From Geosiphon pyriformis uo1 (taxonomy: Eukaryota > Fungi > Glomeromycota), in contig JAAOMT010000594.1 of NCBI GenBank assembly GCA_016748015.1, positions 244,592 through 308,591 on the forward strand: 64,000 nt of DNA, read 5' to 3'. Both the position numbers and the translations under genes were made by a program. Position 1 is the first letter of the stretch; each line of letters starts with the position of its first letter. The notes under the pieces were generated by a model. It did not search any database and was not told the origin of the DNA. It saw nothing but the letters and a program-made list of their open reading frames with translations. Of this stretch, positions 25,343 to 39,510 are shown in pieces.

Positions 25343-26165
25343 AGGAAGAGATAATGTTACTCATAAAAAAAAACAGATATAGAAAATAGTAGACCAATAA
25401 GAGAGTAGTAGTTAGCACATGAGTATATTGCTTAGCAATATGGAACAATGTTAGAAAATTAGGACACATTGCTCAAAAAATTATAGCACATTGCTTGGAA
25501 ATGTGAGCAATCTTGTAGAACATTAATTATATATATATAACAGTAGCATTAGAAGAAAAAAAGACAGATCTTTTAGTTTAGATTTGATTTAAGCAACCTT
25601 TTATTCACAAAAATATTAATAAATAACTATTCACTATTCCAATCTACTCTTCACTATTAATACTTTATGTTAATAGTAATTGATACTTAACCACACTAGA
25701 ACAATAGCTCTTGATTATGGCTATTGACAAGATACTATTATTCATTGTCTTGGCTTATTTCTTTATTTTCTTTTCATTTTCTTTTTGTTATTTTTTTTTG
25801 TTTTACTAATTGATTAAAGAGAAAAAGCACTGAATTATTGACATCAAGAATAGTATAGTAAAAGACCCCAAAAAAAGGGTATAACATTAAGAATTTAAGA
25901 ATAGCTTACCAGAAGAACATCTCTGCCAGATTACCAGCCATCACACTAAGAAAGAAATTGGACAGAATTGTGATTCTGGGAAGCTACTGAAACAACTATT
26001 GAATTTCTGTCCATTATACAAAGAAGTCCATAACAAAATCTTCAGATTAACCAAAACCTTTAGATCATAAGAACCTTTAAATATTAACATTATTATATCA
26101 ATTAAGTACCAAGTTATGGGTTTGTTATTTGCTTTAAGACCCCAAGTAATTATCTGTAACAATAT

Positions 26166-27685
26166 CAATAAAATAAAACACAAAAATCTTGAAAGTTTTA
26201 AAAAAAAACCACTTTATAATTAATAGCTAAATAATTCAAGTTTTAATACTTAAAACAACATTAGCATCCAAAAGTTTCTTATTAAGTACAATATTTTCTT
26301 AAAGTATTAGTTTTAATAATAGCAGTATTCAAATTATTCTGTAAACTAAACATAACCAAAGCAAACTAAAAACAATGACCAAAATTAAGTAAGTAAGAAA
26401 TAAAACAAGTTTAACTACCAATTTAAGAAATTATATTACTAATTTCAAAGACAATACAGTCAAAAAAAAAGTTAACTAACTTGGTTTTAAACTTATTATA
26501 AAACAGAATAGCCTTATTTTAATTCACCAAAAGCAGAATCTTAATATTATTTTTACTTAACAAAACTGATTAATAATTTAAGGCAGATATAACAACATCT
26601 AAATTTTTGAAATAAATAATCACATATTACCAAATACTAGCAGATTTCAACACAATATAAATAATTTCTTTAAACATATTAAATACTATTTTAATATTAC
26701 ACATAAAAGCATATCATATAATACAATAATAGTAAAAAAAAGCCAAACTTTAAAATCACCAAATATTTAACAATCTTAAAAGTAGTTAAACAAATAAAGC
26801 TCTTAAGTTCAACCAAAAATGCAGTTTCTAAAGACTATTAAAAAGCAAATTTTATACAAAAAAGTTTTATATTGTTTTTTACAACTGACTTTACACTCAA
26901 AAATTTATACACAGACTAAAAAACAGCCTTAATATAAGCTAATTTAATTTTAAAAATAACATTAAATACCAAAGTAAAGACCATTTATCTAACAAATTTT
27001 TAATGACCAGTTATAATTTCTTAAGCACTATTAATAATAGTACCAAAAACCAAAGAAAATAATTCAGTTTTTATCTAATTAGCCCAGGTTTTAAGAATAT
27101 ATAATTTAATAAAAGACCTTTGTTTTGCTTTTAAAACTAGCAAGAATCTGTTAAAAAACACTATATTTAACAATATAGCCAGCAATTAATTTTGGCTTAT
27201 TTTAAATAATATATTAAATAATACAATAAAAATTTCATTTAAAATTTTATTTAAAATCACAAAAAAGTTCAATATAACAATAGTAAAAACAAGTAACTGT
27301 TTTTATTTTTTGAAATTTTTGGCTTTTTTAATTATTTAAAAAAAAATAATATTAATAATATCAGATATAATAGCAATAATTAAAAAAACCAATTTTTTAA
27401 TTAGTCTATTATTAAAAATTTTTGAATTTTTAATAGAGATGGAAACAACATTAGAATTAACTTAAATGTATTTTTAAAAAAAACTTTAATTGGTAATTAC
27501 TAAAAACAGTTTTTTATTATTACTACTTAAAAAAAAGCTTTTAAAATATTTTGTTTAATTGCTTTTATAACAAAAAAAACTTTTTTAATTGAAATTTAGT
27601 AAATATCTTAAAAAAAATATTAGGTACAGTTTTTTTACTCTTTGCTTTAATCATAATTATGGAATTAAAAAACAAAAAGTTATAG
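26166..27685 (-). mobile_element. Heavily decayed LINE 5' part/ORF1 (probable host of element B; may continue at ~16020-16311)
   Basis: 27480-27681 is the reverse complement homologue of 57005-57200. The rest resembles LINE ORF1 only weakly. Confidence 0.55.
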
Positions 27686-29552
27686 TATGTTTTAATATTA
27701 TTATTAAAATAATATAAATTAAATTAAATTAATTAATATATTATTTATAAAATAGTTTTTATTTAATTTGTATTAAAAATTTTATTGTTTAGAAATTTTA
27801 AGAATATAAATAAGAATTTTGGCCAATTAATTATATTATTATTAACAAAAATTAGATTATTATAATATATATTATAAAATTTTTTTTATTTATTTATTTA
27901 ATGAATGAGATTTAAACACCACTTAGAACTATACATCAAAAAAATAATCTAAACTAAGCATGAATCATGCATTTTCTACATGTGACCAGCCACTCGAGCC
28001 AGTTAGGACAACACTATGTACTTATATTAACAGAAACCAGGTTACCAATACCTAAAAAAACACACAAGACTTGCAAAAGCCAAAATGGACCCCAAAAACT
28101 TTAGCAATACCAAGCAATTTAATCACACCAGCCGAGAACCCTGAAACCAAACCAGAAACCAAGATGGTGATTGAGCCATCTGCTGGAATCAGGTCATTCT
28201 TTTCCATAAATACCCAATATTTAGCATGGACCAACCAAATGTTATTCCTAAAAGCAAGACAAATAGATTGCACAAAATCAGCAATTTTAACACCAACAAC
28301 TTTGGAATCAGGGAAGATGGAAATAACCTCCCAAAGCCACCCATTGAAAACAAAACCCTTGTAGAGAGCCAAGAAAACCAGAAAGTCCAAAGCACAAGTT
28401 GACAGCAGCTGCAATATACCCAAAGAAAAAAGAGAGAGACCAGAAAGCATCTCCCAAGAAAATATGCAAGATTCCAAGACCTGATGACGAGCTGAATCAT
28501 CAACCACACAAGAAAACACATGATCAGACATTTCTATCTTACCACAATACAGACACAAAACACTAGAGTAACATTTATTATAAATATGCTTTCGAACAGC
28601 CATAGAAAGCTGATGATATAAAGTCTTCATAAAATAAGTTTGAGTATCAGCAGTCAGCCTGCTGGTGAAACCAGTGGCTATATGCAAATCAGGATGCCAA
28701 ACTCTGGAAAAACAAAGCCAATTGACATTTGAATGCAAATTACCATCTAAAAATTTAGAACCAGAACTGATCTTCTAACATGCATGACAAACAGCATGAA
28801 AAACATTATAAATAAAGTGCCTAGAATTACCAGAAACAACACCACCATCTGCCAACAAAAAATGTTCACTAACACAAAGAGAAAAATACCAACCAGAGAA
28901 AGATGTAGCGTTAGCGATGCTATTAGCACTATTATTCCCCAAAATACCAGAGTGACTCTTAATCTTGTGCTATTTAACTCTCAAATTTTGACTGTGAATA
29001 ACATTTCTAATATGCTGACACTCAACCCAACACCAATTGTGAAAATCAGAACACATTAAGTCAAACTCCGACCTGCAAGCATCCAAAGCTGCCTGATTAT
29101 CCAAAAACAAATAAACAGAATGAGCTGCAGGCATGCACTCTAGAGCCAATGCTATAGCCTGCAGCTCCATTAAAGTGAATAACACTAAGCCCTGAACACC
29201 AACACCCAAACCCAAATTAATGTCTTCAAAAAAGACAGCAGCCCCAGTCCTACAACCAATTGTGTCCAAATTTTTCAATGAACCATCCATGTACACAGAC
29301 AAACTATCAGCATTGACCCAAGAAAGACAATCACAGACAGACAGAAAATTATTAAAACCACAAATGTCCAAAGGACCAACACCAGCTAATGCCGAAGAAG
29401 AAGAACAAGAAGTCACAAGAAATGCAACAGAAAGTTTGAACCATTCGGGAACTAGACCATGAGGGTCCAGTCTCTTTCATCACTTAAAAGTGTGCTAGCT
29501 AAAAACACAACCATAACAATCATAAAGCTGGTTCACAAATACAATGCCATAA

Positions 29553-30522
29553 TGCTGAAGAGAAGATAAAAACTTGTAAAACAAAGACTCACCAAAAACA
29601 ACAAACATAGGTACTCCACCATAAAACCAGAAAGAGCTGGCCAAAAAGTCACTCAAAGATAACTTGCAGTCAAAAAAAATGTGAACCACACCAGCTAAGA
29701 AATTATTAAAAATGTTAACATAAATACGAGCAGGGGAAACCAATAGATGGACAGACTGCCAACACAGAATCTGTAAGTCATGAGACTTGTAACTAAACAA
29801 GCACCCTAAAATCCTGTCAGAGTTCACAAAACTAATAAGTGAAGCAATCTTACCCTCAGATTGACACTGTAAAAAAGACTTCAAACCATAAAAGGAAGAG
29901 TGGTAAATTGTATTACTAAGAAAGTCCAGTAGAAGACCAGATTTTAGCTTTAAGCACTTGCAAATTAAAGCATCCCATTTGTTGTACACACCAACAAGAA
30001 CAAAGCTAAACTGTGTTTTATAGCTAANNNNNNNNNNNNNNNNNNNNTGCTGAAGAGAAGATAAAAACTTGTAAAACAAAGACTCACCAAAAACAACAAA
30101 CATAGGTACTCCACCATAAAACCAGAAAGAGCTGGCCAAAAAGTCACTCAAAGATAACTTGCAGTCAAAAAAAATGTGAACCACACCAGCTAAGAAATTA
30201 TTAAAAATGTTAACATAAATACGAGCAGGGGAAACCAATAGATGGACAGACTGCCAACACAGAATCTGTAAGTCATGAGACTTGTAACTAAACAAGCACC
30301 CTAAAATCCTGTCAGAGTTCACAAAACTAATAAGTGAAGCAATCTTACCCTCAGATTGACACTGTAAAAAAGACTTCAAACCATAAAAGGAAGAGTGGTA
30401 AATTGTATTACTAAGAAAGTCCAGTAGAAGACCAGATTTTAGCTTTAAGCACTTGCAAATTAAAGCATCCCATTTGTTGTACACACCAACAAGAACAAAG
30501 CTAAACTGTGTTTTATAGCTAA
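29553..30522. other. Assembly gap (N20, 30028-30047) with a 475-bp duplicated overlap
   Basis: 29553-30027 appears identical to 30048-30522 on either side of the Ns. Confidence 0.9.
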
Positions 30523-33258
30523 CAATAGGGTGAAGAACTGTTGAAACCAAATACAAGAACTGTTTATCTGAGACAGCTTTCTTCAAAACCAAATTAGTGA
30601 AAAAATGAACATCTGAATGTGCTCTCACCAAACTAGGTTTAGAAAGGCTTTCAGTTGAAAGAAAAATATCCAAGTATTGATGAAACTTCTCCTTTTTAGT
30701 GATTGAAATAGGCAGACTACTGATAGAAAGAAAAGGATCACTAACTCTGCTGTTAATAGAAATTGCCACTGTTTTGTTATTGTTAATTAAGATATCATTG
30801 ATCCAAAAAAATTTACTGGCAACATTGAGGATATGTTGAGTAGCACTTTGACTGCTACCAACTCAAATCGTATCATCAACAAAGGTGCCAGCAGCAAAAA
30901 AAGAAGAATGCCCAGCCCAGAATTCAGCATGACCATTTTTGGAAATAAAATGAGAATTCAGCCTATATCTACATACACTCTCTTGACGCTTGACTTCACA
31001 CAACAAAGGATCATAAAATATTTGCCACAAAAGAGGAGAAAAAACTTCTCCTTGATCCAGGCCATTATGTACATAATAACCATCTGTCAAACCAAAATCT
31101 GTTATAATCCAGTTGGTATGATCATTGTAAATATTGCCAAAAAAATGAATGAATTTGCTATATATCTTAATCCTGATCAAACTATTTTTGAGATGTATCC
31201 AGCCAACTAAATCATATGCTTTCTGCATGTTCTGCAGAACCAACCAGAGCTTTCAGTCTTTTTCCAAAGCATCTTCAACCACTAAACCAATTGCGAAAAT
31301 AGGAGATTAAGTTGTTGTACCCTTTAAAACTGAGAAATTGTCCCCATGAAGGACATCAAAAGCACTACATGCTGAGGAAATCCTGTCAGAAAGAATCTTA
31401 CAAGCTGTTTCAATCAAAGCAATAGGATGAGTATTGGTCAAAACACCCTCCCACTCATATGGTTTGGAAATTATTGAGACCCAGGCCTGTTTTCAAGGGC
31501 CAGGCACCAATTTGTCAGATAGACAAAAATTCAAAATCACCAAAAGCATATCCAAAACAAACCTATTACAATGTTTCTAAAGTTCATTCAAGATACCAAA
31601 CAAGTTAGCAGCTTTGCCATTAGACAAGTCAAAAATCATACCAAAGAATTCATCAAAACCAATCGGATACATTACACCAGAAAAGACTTCATCAAAAACA
31701 TATTCTAAAGGTTGATATTGATGCACCAATCAATTAATATATTATTAGCCACATGATGCTTCCTGGTCTATCTCTCTATGATCATGTCCACCTTAGACAT
31801 AACCAAATCAGGTTCCAAAATCAGATCATCATTAACTACCAGATGGTTTAACACCACTTTATGAAACGGACACTCCAGCACACTCCTGATTGTATAACCC
31901 TTGTTGACCTCAAAGCTCTTCATCCTCTTATTAATGACAGACCTAATGTTTGCTTTCTTAGCTCTCAGAGATTTAGTGAGTTTGAAAGCATGATAAGACT
32001 TCTTAGCACCAAAAAGAGCAGAACAAATAGAATTAGAACCAGCACCAGAATCCACCAGATTTTGAACAACAAAAGACTTGACATTGTCCACAGAACTCCA
32101 GCATTTCATAAAATAAACAAAATTCCCAGCATCTTTTCTACATAAAGCCTTAACAATCCTAGAAACCAAAAGCTTCAATTTATGAAATTTTGAAAAATCT
32201 TTGGTGAAAACTTTATCAAACCCTTTAAACCATTTTTTTTTGAAAATTTCATTAGCCAAAAGAGTTATAACTTTGCACACAACACACCACATAGTGTCTA
32301 AATCCAAAAACCTTACAAACACAGCAAATTCACCCAAGAACAATATAGCATTGGTCAGTATAGAACTTTTAAAATTGTTCTACTTAATCTCATCAGCACC
32401 CTTGAAATTGAACTTCCATCAATTTTTATTGGTCTGTTTGTAAAGAAAGTTTAATCTTGTATCTAAAAGGCCACCCAAACCCAAAAACACAGAAACAGCT
32501 TTGTAATCTATATTAAAATGTTCACTAACAACAAAAACATTGCACTGTATTATCACATTCACCAAATTTGAGGAAACAAACACATAATCAATTATCTTTG
32601 CAACACTCCAAGAATTGTTCCAAGTCGACATCTTAGCAAAGAAACTTCCACTGTTACCAGAGGTTTTTGGTCTCTTCTTAGCTCTTGTATGTTTGTTGTA
32701 ATGCTGTTAATTCATGATTATGGGAAGTGTTTGAACCTCCGATAACTGAATTTATCTTCAAATTATCTCCTATAATTTGAACTGCTAGGCTTATAAATGG
32801 AATGGCCAATTCCGTGCCAGTTACTTTGTATAGTTATGTTGTAGTAAACGTCAACTCTTTCCCAGGAATTGCTCGTCTGGAAGCTCACTAAAAATGTGTA
32901 GTTATTTTGCTGTGAAAGTCAACTCTTCTACAGAAATTTTCATCTGTAGGCTACCCAAATGATTTATAATAAAAAAAAAGAGAATAAAAGAAATGTAAAA
33001 GAAAAAGTAAAACTGATGATTTATGAAAGTTGTTTTGGATCCAGGCCTAGAAGTGCATTCACAGTTTACTGAAATTGGTAGCTAATCAATTTCAAACTGT
33101 TAGTAGGAATTGGTTAATTTCAAGAGAAATAATTAAGAATTTGGTTTTTTTGAATTTATTTGATATTTATTTTGTTTTTGTGTATAAAGAATGATTCTAA
33201 TTATTAAATCTGAAGTAAAATATATTTTCTTGAAGAGAGAAGCTCTTCTTTTATACAA

Positions 33259-33834
33259 CTTGTCATAACACTATTCTATGAACTTGAACTTTGCTATTTT
33301 CTATAATTTTGCTGAACTAAAGATACATTTCGGCAAACTACAAGTTATTTCTGCGAACTATTAAATATTTTGGTGAACTATCAATTATTTCGGCAAATTT
33401 CTTACAAATTTCAGCAAACTTTTTGAATGTTACATAGTTTGGGGTATTGCATGATTGATCATCACAATTAGGTTACATTTGTGTTATGTATAAATTGGGT
33501 TATTAATTAAATGATAATTTCGGATATTTTGCTAATNNNNNNNNNNNNNNNNNNNNCTTGTCATAACACTATTCTATGAACTTGAACTTTGCTATTTTCT
33601 ATAATTTTGCTGAACTAAAGATACATTTCGGCAAACTACAAGTTATTTCTGCGAACTATTAAATATTTTGGTGAACTATCAATTATTTCGGCAAATTTCT
33701 TACAAATTTCAGCAAACTTTTTGAATGTTACATAGTTTGGGGTATTGCATGATTGATCATCACAATTAGGTTACATTTGTGTTATGTATAAATTGGGTTA
33801 TTAATTAAATGATAATTTCGGATATTTTGCTAAT
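33259..33834. other. Assembly gap (N20, 33537-33556) with a 278-bp duplicated overlap
   Basis: 33259-33536 is repeated at 33557-33834. The duplication is absent from the sister LTR. Confidence 0.9.
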
Positions 33835-33903
33835 GTAATAAGTGATAATTTGAAACGATAATATATGTTAATTAATGATAAGATTTATAAGAATAATTAT
33901 ATG

Positions 33904-34554
33904 CTAAACAATATCTCTACTCTCGTCTAGTAACATAACCTCCTCCTTAAGACTAAGCTCTATCAAAGTCCAAGTACTATCTGTAATTTCCAGATAATAA
34001 TCCAAAATTATTGAAGAAATTTGGTCTGAAAATTGTTGAAATTTCAGTTTTGTGAGCTTCCCAATGTATTAAATCTTTAAAGGCTGTAAAATTGGGTTTT
34101 GTAGGACGTTTTCACAGATGTAGAATAGGTTATAAAGTCTAAAAGCAGCTCTTAGTTTATAATGACTGTTTGTAGGTTCAGCTGTTGTCTTGAATTCATT
34201 GTGGAGTTGTTTCTAAATAGCTTCTTTTTTGAGGTTTACTGCTGTAAGCTCCTGTTTTCATTCATGAAGTGTTTTTTTAATGTAGAAATATCTATATATT
34301 AGAGTATAGTTGTAGTTTTCTTCATTAAGACACAGTTGAAGTTTTTGTTGAATAGTAGCATTCAGTGGAATACTAATAGGAATGAGCATTAAGTTTTCTC
34401 TTAAAGCAAGCTTTAGAAGTTTTGGCAGGTGAATTCCAGAATAACTTTTTGTGTTCTTCTTATACGGGTGATATTTTTGTGCATTTGGGGCTAAATTTGT
34501 AACTACTTCTGTTTGAATATAATTAATGTGGTTTTTAGTAACAGTAATGGATAA
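33904..34554 (-). pseudogene. Element C extra ORF3
   Basis: Single frame with three stops: KYHPYKK...YRYFYIKKTL...RAAFRLYNLF...YIGKLTKLKFQQF...TLIELSLKEEVM, reading through the PPT into the LTR. Confidence 0.7.
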
Positions 34555-37500
34555 TTCAGGTTTTATTCCTTGTCCATTGTTGTTGAAGTATTTGAGTTGT
34601 AAGGCAGGCTGGTTTTTGATGAAATAGATGGGTGTTGCTTCAATTTCTTCTGCTGCTTCAGGTTCTCCAAATTCAATTTCGTTCTCATCATTTTTACTGG
34701 GCAGAAAAATCCTAAGAGCATAGCATTCAGAACACCACTGTTCATCACAAGGCATAATGTATTCTTCACATAGCCTAATGTTCATTTGCTCTAATTGTTG
34801 AATTTGAGCTTCTTGGGTTGAATAGGTGTGACTTGCAATTTGGTGGTAGACTTCTACTTCATCTTCGTAATTGAATCCAGCTAATTCCATGATGCATTCA
34901 ATGTATTCTGTTTCTTTCATTTGACAGATATCTTCTTTGGTAGCTCCATTAATTAATGCCATTGCTAAGTCAAAAATCATCTCAGCATCATAGAGGTAGT
35001 GATAAAGTTTGTTAAAAACACTGTTGTATGCCACATTAAAGAGTGTTCTTCTTTTTACTTTTTCTGAAATTGATAAAGCATATTGGCAGATCTGATCGCA
35101 GACTCCTCCTCTCATTGCTACATCAATCCAATTGCATTTTTCTGGTAGCATATCTTCACAAGTCAAACAAGGGGTGTTATCCTATTTTCTACTTCTTTTT
35201 ATTAGATGGCCCCATCGTTTTTTGTGGCAAGCCTTGCAATAATAACAAGTATAATTTTCATATTCTTCTTCAGATAAAATCCAGGCTCCCATTGAGGATA
35301 GTTTCTTGTGACAGTCCTTGTATTTGAGTGAAATGTAGGGGCATTGTTTTCGTGGTTCTGGTTTTGAATAGGGAACATTCCATCCGGTTGTCACTGGTTC
35401 TTTTGTTTCAAGAGAATCATTTGTTGAAAAGTACTGTTGTTCAGTTTCATCAGCCCAATTGGAGGTTAATCCAAGTGCCATAAATGTTTCAATGATGGGC
35501 TTTTCTTCTTCCAGTTCGAATTCAAAAGCCAGGGCTTTTTCAGAGTGTTTGTTGAATGTACCACAAGTGGCAGGTACCCAGACATGTTGTCCTTGGTAGA
35601 AGATTGTTAACTCTTGTGTCTCCCAATTCAGATTAGCATTGGCTTTTTGAAGCCAATTATTTCTGACAAGAGCTTGGTACTGGGGCACATCTATTATAAG
35701 AACTTTGACTGGAATGGTGATTCCATCAAGAGTAAACGGAAAATTGTCAATTTCTCCTACTGGAGTCTTTTTCATGCCATCAGTAGTAACGATTACTGTT
35801 TGAGCTGGTCAGTTGATATTTCTCTTTAACTGTTGCATTAACTGGTAGGTGATGATGCTTCCGGTGGATCCACTATCTAAGATCAAGCGAATTGCCTTTC
35901 CTTTGACTTCTGCTTCAGTGTACATAGCAGTAATTGCTTTTTGTTTATTGGTGGCCACATTGCTAAGCAGGAATGGTGACTCATTTGCTTCAAACTCAAA
36001 AGGGAATATGTCTGAAAGATTGGCATTTTCAGCAATTCTGGCTGGTAGGATTGTGGTAGGAGTATAGAAAGGGTTTTGTTGTTGTGCTGCAGCTCTACTT
36101 TCCAAGAGTGCAGTATGGTGAAAATCCTGTTCTTTAGGTATTGTAAGATAGCTAGATTGAGTATGATAATGGGTGGATCTTGGCTGAGCTGGATTTTGGG
36201 GAACTAATTGGTTGTTTGAATTGATTCTATTGTTGTTTACTTGGTATTAGTTTTGTGGTATAAATTAATTTTGCAGGTTTAATCTTTGAGCAGGCACTTG
36301 ATAATATTGTGTGGGTGGTTGTTGGTATTGCTGTTGAATTGGCTGTGAAGCAGGCTGATAATAGTTACTTTGATATTGGGGTGTTGGTGGATAGTAAGCT
36401 GGTGGTGGTAGTTGATAACAAGATTGCTGTGGTGGAGGGTAACATTGATTACTCCTATTTTGTTGGTCTCGTTGTAGCTTTCTGTAATCTTTTTTCTAGT
36501 GGCCAGAAATTTCACAGTAATGGCAACTCTGAGGCTGGTTATTAGAAGGTGATGTAAAGTTGTTTTGATTCTGTCTTTGGGGTGGTTGATATCTTTGGGG
36601 TTGCTGTTGTTGTTAGTTGGTGAAATAGTTTTCGACTTTCTTTGCAAGTTGGTCAATTTTCTCTTCAGCTGCTGAGCTGGTTTCTTCAATGGCTAAATTC
36701 ACAAGTTTTGTATGATTGGCTTCTTCTATGGCCATTTCATATCTCTTTGCATGCTGAATGGCAGAGTTTAAATCTTCTGGGCATGTGGGCAAACCTTTTT
36801 AATCAGTTTATCCTTTAAACCAGTGATAAATTGATCCAAGATTTGAGGATCAGAATAATAATCATTAGTTTCAAGTTGGCAAATTCGTTTGAGAAGTTTG
36901 TTGAATTTCCCAATATAAGTCATAACAGATTCGGAGAGTTCTTGTTTAATATTGTGAAAACAATTTCGAAGAGTGATTAAGGTGTTGTTATCAGTGAATT
37001 GTTCTAAGAAGGCAGTTTTAAAAGCTGTTTAGTCATTAAAAGGGGTGGTCAAGTTTTCAAACCATTCACCTGCTGTTCCTTTGAAAAAGTAGAGAATTAT
37101 TTTTAACATTCTGGCAGCATTCTATCTATTTGCATCTCCAGCTTTAGTAACTTGGTTGAGCCATTCTTGGGGACTGGTTTCAATGTCTTCTCTATTGAAT
37201 TTAGGGATTTTTGTGATGTATGCTGTCATTTCGTTTTCTTTGTTTTCACTGTCTATTGATTCTTCTTCAAATATTTCAGAGTTGTTTTCTTTGTTCGCCG
37301 CTGTCTCAGAATGTTCACTTCAATTTTCAGCTAGAAAGTCAAGGAGATTGGAACTAGTTTGAAAGGGTTCTTGTTGTCTGGTGGGACTTCTAAATGATGT
37401 AAAATTTTTTAGTCTTGCAAATCAATTTAAGGGTGAATTAGATGTTTGTACTTGTGTAAGTGAAGCTGGAAAAGATGTAATAGTAAGTGAAAGTTTTGAA

Positions 37501-39510
37501 CTGGTTCCTTGTTCAGATGTTTGTAAGTGTTTGGCAGTTGTTTTTGGTAGTATTGGGGTATTTGAAGTGGTTTTTGAGTATTGCTTCAATTTTTGTTTGC
37601 CTTTGTTGCTTATTTCTGTCTCTAATTTAAAATCAATGAAGTATTGAGACTGCACTGGATATGTTTCTTCACAGTACTTGATAATGTTAAAATTTAGTTT
37701 TTGAAAGTAAGTGGCAAGTGTTTCACTGTTAAGGTCTTCAGTTTCCAACTGTAAATAGTGTACTAAATTATTGTAAAGGTTAACTTCTGAGATATTGTAA
37801 TTTCCAAAAAGATAATTGTTGATGCGGTTTTCAATGTATTAGTATACTGATTTCTTGACAACTTCAATTCCGTCTGGAATGTTGAATCTTTGCTTGCAGT
37901 GGGTGTAAATTGATTGGTAATACTCTAGAGTTATTGCGTCTAGTGTGGTCACCACTTTGAAGTTGTTTTACTGTGTTGTTTCTGTGGAAGAGCACCAAAT
38001 GTTACCGGAGGTTTTTGGTCTCTTCTTAGCTCTTGTATGTTTGTTATAATGCTGTTAATTCACGATTATGGAAAGTGTTTGAACCTCTGATAACTGAATT
38101 TATCTTCAAATTATCTCCTATAATTTGAACTGCTGGGCTTATAAGTGGAATGGCCAATTCTGTGCCAGTTATTTTGTATAGTTACATTGTAGTAAATGTC
38201 AACTCTTTCCCAGGAATTGCTCGTCTGGAAGCTTACTAAAAATGTGTAGTTATTTTGCTGTGAAAGTCAACTCTTCTACAGAAATTCTCATCTGTAGGCT
38301 ACCCAAATAATTTATAATAAGAAAAGAAAGAGAATAAAAGAAATGTAAAAGAAAAAGTAAAACTGATGATTTATGAAAGTTGTTTCAGATCCAGGCCTAG
38401 AAGTGCATTCACAGTCTACTGAAATTGGTAACTAATCAATTTCAAACTGTTAGTAGGAATTGGTTAATTTCAAGGAAAATAATTAAGAATTTGGTTTTTT
38501 CGAATTTATTTGATATTTATTTTGTTTTTGTGTATAAAAGATGATTCTAATTATTAAATCTGAAGTAAGATATATTTTCTTGAAGAAAGAAGCTCTTCTT
38601 TTATACAACTTGTCATAACACTATTCTATGAACTTGAACTTTGCTATTTTCTATAATTTTGCTAAACTAAAGATACATTTCAGCAAACTACAAGTTATTT
38701 TTGTGAACTATTAGATATTTTGGTGAACTATCAATTATTTTGGCAAATTTCTTACAAATTTCAGTGAACTTTTTGAATGTTATATAGTTCGGGGTATTGC
38801 ATGATTGATCATCACAATTAGGTTACATTTGTGTTATGTACAAATTGGGTTATTAATTAAATGATAATTTCGGATATTTTGCTAAAATAATAAGTAATAA
38901 TTTGAAACAATAATGTATGCTAATTAATGATAAGATTTATAAGAGTAATTTCATGTTAAACAATATCTCTAATTTTGTCTGGTAATACCACCCAAAGAAT
39001 TAATCAAACCCAAATCATAGCACTTTTTAAAACTAGCACACTTATGAGAACTATTTTTGTTGAAATTACCACCAAGAATAACAAAAGAAAATTTATTTAT
39101 GGCCCTTGCAATCAAAAAATTGATTTCATCAGCCTGGAAAAATTGAGTAGCCAAGAAGGCACCAGTATACAGCCCTAGAATTGAAACCAAAAGTTTATTC
39201 TTGAAAAGTAACCTAATGCAAAGAAGATAATCTAGGATTTCAGAAATTTTATATACATACTTATCCAAGGATTTGTTTATAACAATTGCAATACTAGCAC
39301 CCACATAGCCAGAGTCTAAGCCAGAAGAAAACATGCAAACATCATCAAATTTGTCAACCAACCAAGGGCGAGTCTTATTTCTTAACTTTGTTTCTGTGAA
39401 AATTAAAACCAAATTGTCTATATCTTTATGCCATTAAACAATATCTTCCTGTTTGGCAGGATTGTTTATGTCTCTAACATTACATGTAGCCACTTCCCAC
39501 ACCAAATTAC

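Larger units (their letters stand above)
16312..26161 (+). mobile_element. Element B: full-length dUTPase-encoding Ty3/Gypsy LTR retrotransposon, inactivated
   Basis: LTRs 16312-17090 and 25355-26161; TSD ATAT/ATAT; PBS TGGTGCTTTTTGTGAAG at 17093; PPT AAAGGAAGAGATAA 25341-25354. Confidence 0.95.
32652..38987 (-). mobile_element. Element C: non-autonomous Gypsy (gag-PR-Cys region fused to ORF3; lacks RT, RH, IN)
   Basis: 5' LTR 38987-38000; 3' LTR 33935-32652 (~986 bp after removing the gap duplication); PBS TGGTGCTCTTCC; PPT AAGGAGGAGGTTA; TSD CCAC/CCAC; intact LILDSGS protease motif. Confidence 0.93.

Noticed and set aside
29553-30522. Apparent tandem duplication in LINE ORF2 (424-aa ORF with a repeated block)
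   Set aside because: Identical copies flank an N20 gap; this is a scaffolding overlap artefact.
33259-33834. Apparent 278-bp duplication making the C 3' LTR longer
   Set aside because: It flanks an N20 gap and is absent from the 5' LTR; artefact.
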